Of a stretch of DNA of 64,000 bases, positions 58,246 to 64,000 are shown in pieces. The notes under the pieces are model-generated. The model ran no database searches. It worked only from the letters and a program-made list of their open reading frames with translations, and had not been told where the DNA came from. The first letter of the stretch is position 1. Every line of letters starts with the position of its first letter. The DNA comes from Flaccisagitta enflata (Eukaryota), in contig OZ231126.1 of NCBI GenBank assembly GCA_965153355.1, forward strand, positions 34,162,001-34,226,000. Direction: 5' to 3'. The position numbers were made by a program, and so were the translations under genes.

Positions 58246-59319
58246 TTTTTAGTCGCGTGCTACGCGAATCTACACCCCGCTTTGTCGGTGTGTCCGTCCG
58301 TCCGTCCGTCTGTCCGTCCGTCCGTCCGTCCGTCCGTCCGTCCGTCCGTCCGTCCGTCCGTCCGTCCGTCCGTCACACTTTACTTTTTTTGGCTTCACGG
58401 CTCCTGCCCAAATGATCTAATGATCAATGATGGCCCCTGCCCACCCGCACGCGACTGGGGTAGCCGTGTATCCGGCCTTGTTAACTGTCTCAGTCCTTGT
58501 CTCCCGAGTCAGAAGGACAAAAGTTCGTCTCTGCTGCTTTTCAATTTTATTCCACCACTTTTTTCTCTTTTGCTGGTTTATCTGATGTCTCTCCTACAGT
58601 ACTTGGTTTCTGATCTTGTTAGTCGTGGACTCGCGACTCTAGACCTTGCTGTGTCGGTCAGTCGGTCGGTCGGTCGGTCGGTCGGTTGGTCCGTACGTCC
58701 GTCTGTCCGTCGGTAACCAAAACAGAAGGGAGCGTTTTTTTCGCTATTCCGCTCCTGCCCAACCGTCCGCGACTGAGGGGAAGTGTATACGGCCTTGTTT
58801 TATTTGGTTTTTAGTCGCGTGCTAAGCAACTCTACACCCCGCTTTGTCCGTCGGTCCGTCTGTCCGCCCGTCCATCCGTCCGTCTGTAACACATAACTTT
58901 TATGTTTTTTGCATTCTTTGGCCTCACTGCTCCTGCCCAAATGATCAAGTGACCTCAAATACAGCCCCTGCCCACCCGCACACGTCTGGGGTAGCCGTGT
59001 ATCCGGACTTGTTGCTCTCATTGCAAGTAACATTGAGTGCCATTTTGATAAACCTCCATAACTGCAAATTTAGTCGCGTGCACGCTACTCTTAAACTTGG
59101 TTTGCCGGTCGGTCCGTCGGTCCGTCGGATTGTCAGTCCTTTGGTTCATCGGTCCCCTGTTAGTCCAGCAGTCCACATCTTTTTTTTTTTAAATAGCATT
59201 GTTTTGTCATTTTTTTGTCACACGAAAAAAGCAAACAGTGACCAACCATCCGACCGACCGATATAGCAGGTTGTAGAGTCGCAAGCACGCGACTAAAAAT
59301 AACGAAGTGTCTGTTAAAA

Positions 59320-59409
<90 letters not shown>

Positions 59410-59771
59410 TTAAAACATACACTTCTTTCACACAGTATAGAAAAAAAGCTCCGAGGTAAACGACTTACGATGCGATGGTAATTTACAATTGAACAAAATC
59501 CAGAATCGAATTTACAATGACAAACGACCATACAAGATTCCGTATTCATTTTCAATTCTTTTTCTTATTTTTTTTTTAGTCGCATGCATGCGACTCTATG
59601 ACCCGCTCTGTCTTTCTGTCAGTCCGTTGGTCCGTTGGTCCGTCCATCGGTAACGCTTAGCTTTTTTTCGTTGTTTTACGTCATTTTAAGTTATTTCAAG
59701 ACAATCTATGTTTTATTTTTTTAGTCTTTTAATCTAACAACCGCACGCGACTGTAAGGTGTTGGCCTTGTT
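58246..59771. mobile_element. Cluster of about six HINE family A copies or fragments
   Basis: Heads TTAGTCGCGTG / TAGTCGTGG / TTAGTCGCATG at ~58246, 58619, 58809, 59068, 59575, plus an inverted head at ~59295; tails GGCCTTGTT. Confidence 0.7.
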
Positions 59772-60674
59772 TTCCTCCTTATTTTTGCGATTTTTTTATT
59801 TAGCCGGTTCGTCTGTCTGTCACGCGACTCTCTAAACCTGTTTTTGGATGGTTGGTTCGTCAATTTCATCAATTCGTCAGTCTAACCCCCTCAAGTTTCT
59901 TTTAAAAAATTGTATTTGTTTAGTTAAGGGGGCGGGTATTCAACAATCGTGCCCACGCGGCTGATACTGATACGTTTATACGGCCTTTTAGTTGGCGCGC
60001 AAGTTTGCAATCAATTTTGCTTTTTTGTTCGAGAAGGACGAAAAAGAACTTTCTTTCTTTTTCCATTTTTCGTCAGACTTCCCTTTTGGCAATTCGTTTT
60101 CCCCCTAAAAAACTTCTTCGATCCTTCAGGGGGGGGGAATTTTTATTTTTAGAGGAATCACTGAATGGAAAAAATCTAGTCTTATTCCGTCTCTATCTTA
60201 AGAGCTGAGTCTCCTTTCTTTTCCTACTCACTTGGGACACGCGCACTTGTGCGAAGCATGTATGCAACACTCTTACACAAATACTATGGTGCAAGAGAAT
60301 ACATATACTCCTGCTCAGAGGGTGTCATGAGTCAAGCATTGACCTCAGTCAGCTGTAATCTTTCCAATTTCGTTTAAAATGATCATGTAATCAATTAAAC
60401 GTTCACCCATAGTTATATGCGATGGAATTATTGTGACACAACTTCAGAGAAGAACTGACATTTTGTACGTTCTGCTCACAATACTCAATAGTCAACTGTT
60501 GTTAGTGTTGTAAAATGCAATACAAAACGATTTACCCCATGGTGGAAATTCGAAAAGAAGGAACTTAGAGATAATGATTGATTTGAAATCCCCGTTGATG
60601 TCAAGTGTGCAGGAGATTCCTGATATTCACATGAGAAAGTTGAGCTGGCGAGGTGAGAGGGAACCTCTGTAATT

Positions 60675-60715
<41 letters not shown>

Positions 60716-61779
60716 AATGAGAGTGAGAGAGAGAATGAAAGCAAGAGTGAATAGAAGATGGGAGAGAGAAGACAAAGACGTGTAGAAAGATGTAAAGGAA
60801 GGGTAAAAGAAAGAAGGACAGTCTCAAGAGTAAAATGACAGAAATTAAGACAGGCGAATGAAAGAGGAAAGGTGGGAAAAAAAGTGAGTCAAAGTTTGAC
60901 TCAAAGTTGAGGTCGAGTTTTTTAGAGGTCATCAGTTGAACAAGAAAACCGTTTCCCAAATTTAGAACTCCTCTCGCACGTGACTCTCAAGACTCGCGAG
61001 GGAGAGAATCCGTGAGACCAAGTCGCTTTTCAGTAGCTTTTCAGCCCTTTTTTTCAGTCGCTTTTCAGCCCTTTTTTTCAGTCGCCGTTGAGACGTTTCT
61101 GTGACGCTTCCAAAGATGCAATTCTTCCCTTTTTCGACTACCTGAAGAGAGGTTACGTTTTGCAAAAGGAACAGCCTGAAGACATGGAAGTCTCAAAGGA
61201 CGGAGATGCCAATGCATTGAAAGCTCTCCGTTGAGCTTCTTTCGTTTTATTCATCAAAATCTAAGCTTATCTTCATGTAATCAGCTACCGCTATGAAATG
61301 GTTGTTTGATTACAATTTGATAAGCTGATGTGGAACCATAAAATGACATGAAGTAAACTACATAAAATATCATGAAATATCATAGAATATCATAAAATAT
61401 ATATTTGTGAAAACGGACTGGTTCACCATGTATAGATAGTTCATACGCTACCCTCATCAAGCTCCATGGAACACCGAAGTGGAAGCTCAAGAAAGATGTG
61501 TGTGTTTACACTTTTTATTTTTTATAAGAACCTAGTTTAAAAGAACATCAAGCCTTGATATAGCTCAAAAATTAAAAACGTCGTAGTTATTTGACTAGTA
61601 ACTATCTCTATCTCTTTTGAAGGCTTCAGAAAAAAAAATGACGTTCATTTAAGAAATAAAAAGTGTATTTGTTTGTGGTGTGTGAATAGATAGTTGCTTA
61701 TCTCTGTCCCTCTGGCAACCGCATGCACTTTGACCCATAATAAAAGATACAAAAAATATTTCTTCTTTCTCTTCCGCTC

Positions 61780-61874
<95 letters not shown>

Positions 61875-61892
61875 TTCTTTCTTTCTTTTCTT

Positions 61893-61994
<102 letters not shown>

Positions 61995-62586
61995 GTCTTC
62001 GTTCTCCCCTCGAGGCAACATACACACGAAACGTGACCCCCTTTCACCTAAACGCAATACGAGGGTTCATTTTCCTTTGCCCATTCTCCAACCGAACGTG
62101 AAACTGAGGTTCTAAAGGGGCAGTGGTTGGAAGGAAGGTGCTAGAAGGTTCTAAAGGGGCAGTAGTTGGAAGGAAGGTGCTAGAAGGTTCTAGGCAAGAA
62201 AAAACCATTTCTATCGGGTCGTGTCCGAGCACTGAAAATTTGCGATATTTCTGAGATAGCCGCTTATGCGTCAGCAAGGTCCGTTTCATGGAGTGATACG
62301 AAATCACGAAAGTTATGATTTTTCTGATTCTTGTTTTTGGAAGCGATAAAGAAACATCTCTGTTTTCCGAATTGAACTATCGTTAGAAGTTTGATCAAAC
62401 GAGAGGCCGATGATTGGAATGTTTTTGGAGTCGTATTTGTCATTTTGAGACCGTGAACCGAGATGAAAACATTGATCAAGATTCCTGATCGATATTTCCA
62501 TCTTTCAGGACATCGATGGTGAGCAGTGAAGGGAGAAAAATCCGGACGTCTTCAGTCTGATGTCCCAGAAGGCGAGTGAAAAGAAA

Positions 62587-62910
62587 ACAAGGCCAACACC
62601 TGTAAGGCGCGTGCCAGACTTGTGATACTCGTGACACAATGTTGGGACACAATGTCGGGACACAGTGACCGGACACAATGTCGGGACACAATATCGGGAC
62701 ACTGTCGGAACACAATGTCGGGAAACAATGTCAGGAAACAACATCGGGAAACAATACCGAGACACAATATTGGGACACAATGTGGGGACACAATGTTGGG
62801 ACACAATGTCGGGACACAATGTCGGGACACAATGTCAAGAACGCCCGTAAACGCCAAAAAAGCAGTGTCACCGACTGACTGATGGACTGACAGACGGACC
62901 GGGTTGTAGA
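62587..62910 (-). mobile_element. HINE family A copy with a 13-bp (GGGACACAATGTC)n array
   Basis: AACAAGGCCAACACC end; array ~62633-62836; (GACT/GACG)n and gggttgtaga at the other end. Confidence 0.65.
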
Positions 62911-63635
62911 AAACCACTCTCTTTTTCTCCAAAAAGGAGCCTAACAATCCTAATGAATGATAACCCCATGTACAATGTGACCTTTCCATGGTATTGTAAA
63001 AGGAGACTACTTCCAATTTTGTCAAGTGGTATTTTTTTTTCTTTTGATCTGGTAGAAACCGTGGCTATTTTTTTTTTCTACTAATCTCTTTGTAGTCGAG
63101 TCTAAATGATGCGGTGCCGGTTCCCTGCTGACATTTTTAATCTGTCATGAGCAGATGATATTACAACGACAACTTTTTTGTGCAAAACGATATCTTACAC
63201 AAAGGTGTTTGAGTATACATTTTTTAGTCACGTGCACGCTTAGCTTTTTTTCGTCGTTTTACGCCACTATAAGTCATTTTTAGTCATTTTAAGTTATTTA
63301 AGATTAATTGAAGTCAATTTACATTGAGTCTCTCAGACTTTTGGTCCTTTAGTCTTTTAGTCTTATGGTCTTTACAACCGCACGCGACTGTAAGGTGTTG
63401 GCCTTGTTTTTCTTCAAACCAAGTTGGCTTTTTGTGTCTCTGATATGCGTTTGGGAACAAACTGAGCAAGGGAAGTACTGCCGAGCGAATAGTGAGTGAA
63501 ACAGTCTTACAAATTTGGTACGTGACTAACAAATGGTAAAATTCACGGAACAATGAAAAACAAAGAAAAAGAAGATGAAAAGACAACAACGTTGTTTGAC
63601 GGTAAATGACACTTTGGCCCGATGATTCACCAGAT

Positions 63636-63835
63636 CAAGGCCGGATACACGGCTACCGAAGTCGCGTGTGGGTGGGCAGGGGCCATATTTGAGGTCACTA
63701 GACCATTTAAGCAATAGCTGTAGGGTCAAAGAAATAAAATCATAAAAAAAGTAAAACGTGACCGACCGACCAACTGACTGACCAACAGACGGACGGACAA
63801 AGCGGGTTGTAGAGTCTCGTGCACGCGACTAAAAA
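63636..63835 (-). mobile_element. HINE family A copy
   Basis: CAAGGCCGGATACACGGC ... GTGCACGCGACTAAAAA. Confidence 0.7.
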
Positions 63836-64000
63836 TCCATATAATCCAAGTTTTTCATTGCATCGGTGTTGATTGGATGAGCCTGAGCACGGAGAGACTT
63901 TAGCTTAAGGCTTTTTGCAAGGGAGTACGAGGGTTCGACTCATTCTACGCGCCGAGCGTGAACGATATCAGAGGATGAAATTAATAACAGCCTTCACAAA

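Noticed and set aside
62500-62509. 10-nt microexon tttcag|GACATCGATG|gtgagc
   Set aside because: Splice-like signals only; too short to assess without transcripts.

Overview
Eukaryotic, AT-rich, repeat-saturated animal DNA, probably an invertebrate intron or intergenic region; no prokaryotic genes, RNA genes or CRISPR arrays are supported. Almost all long ORFs in the track are micro/minisatellite artefacts. Real coding signal is limited to four places. (1) A PWWP-like terminal exon at 918-1167. (2) One Ig-superfamily host exon at 32782-32917. (3) Two spliced exons of a KDZ (Kyakuja-Dileera-Zisupton) transposase inside an 8-kb foldback-shaped element (23270-31251) with mirror-image palindromic satellite arms and an 8-bp TSD. 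(4) A five-exon, phase-consistent Academ-like DDE transposase with an internal C2H2 finger, inside a 7.1-kb element (43656-50737) with ~342-bp near-identical TIRs and a 5-bp TSD. That element is inserted in a 29-bp satellite, which is itself carried by a Helentron-type (DINE-1/HINE-like) element. The remainder is HINE-like elements, hAT- and Tc1/mariner-type MITEs (several nested, TSDs verified by eye) and microsatellites. Protein family calls rest on motif recognition only and need HMM confirmation.
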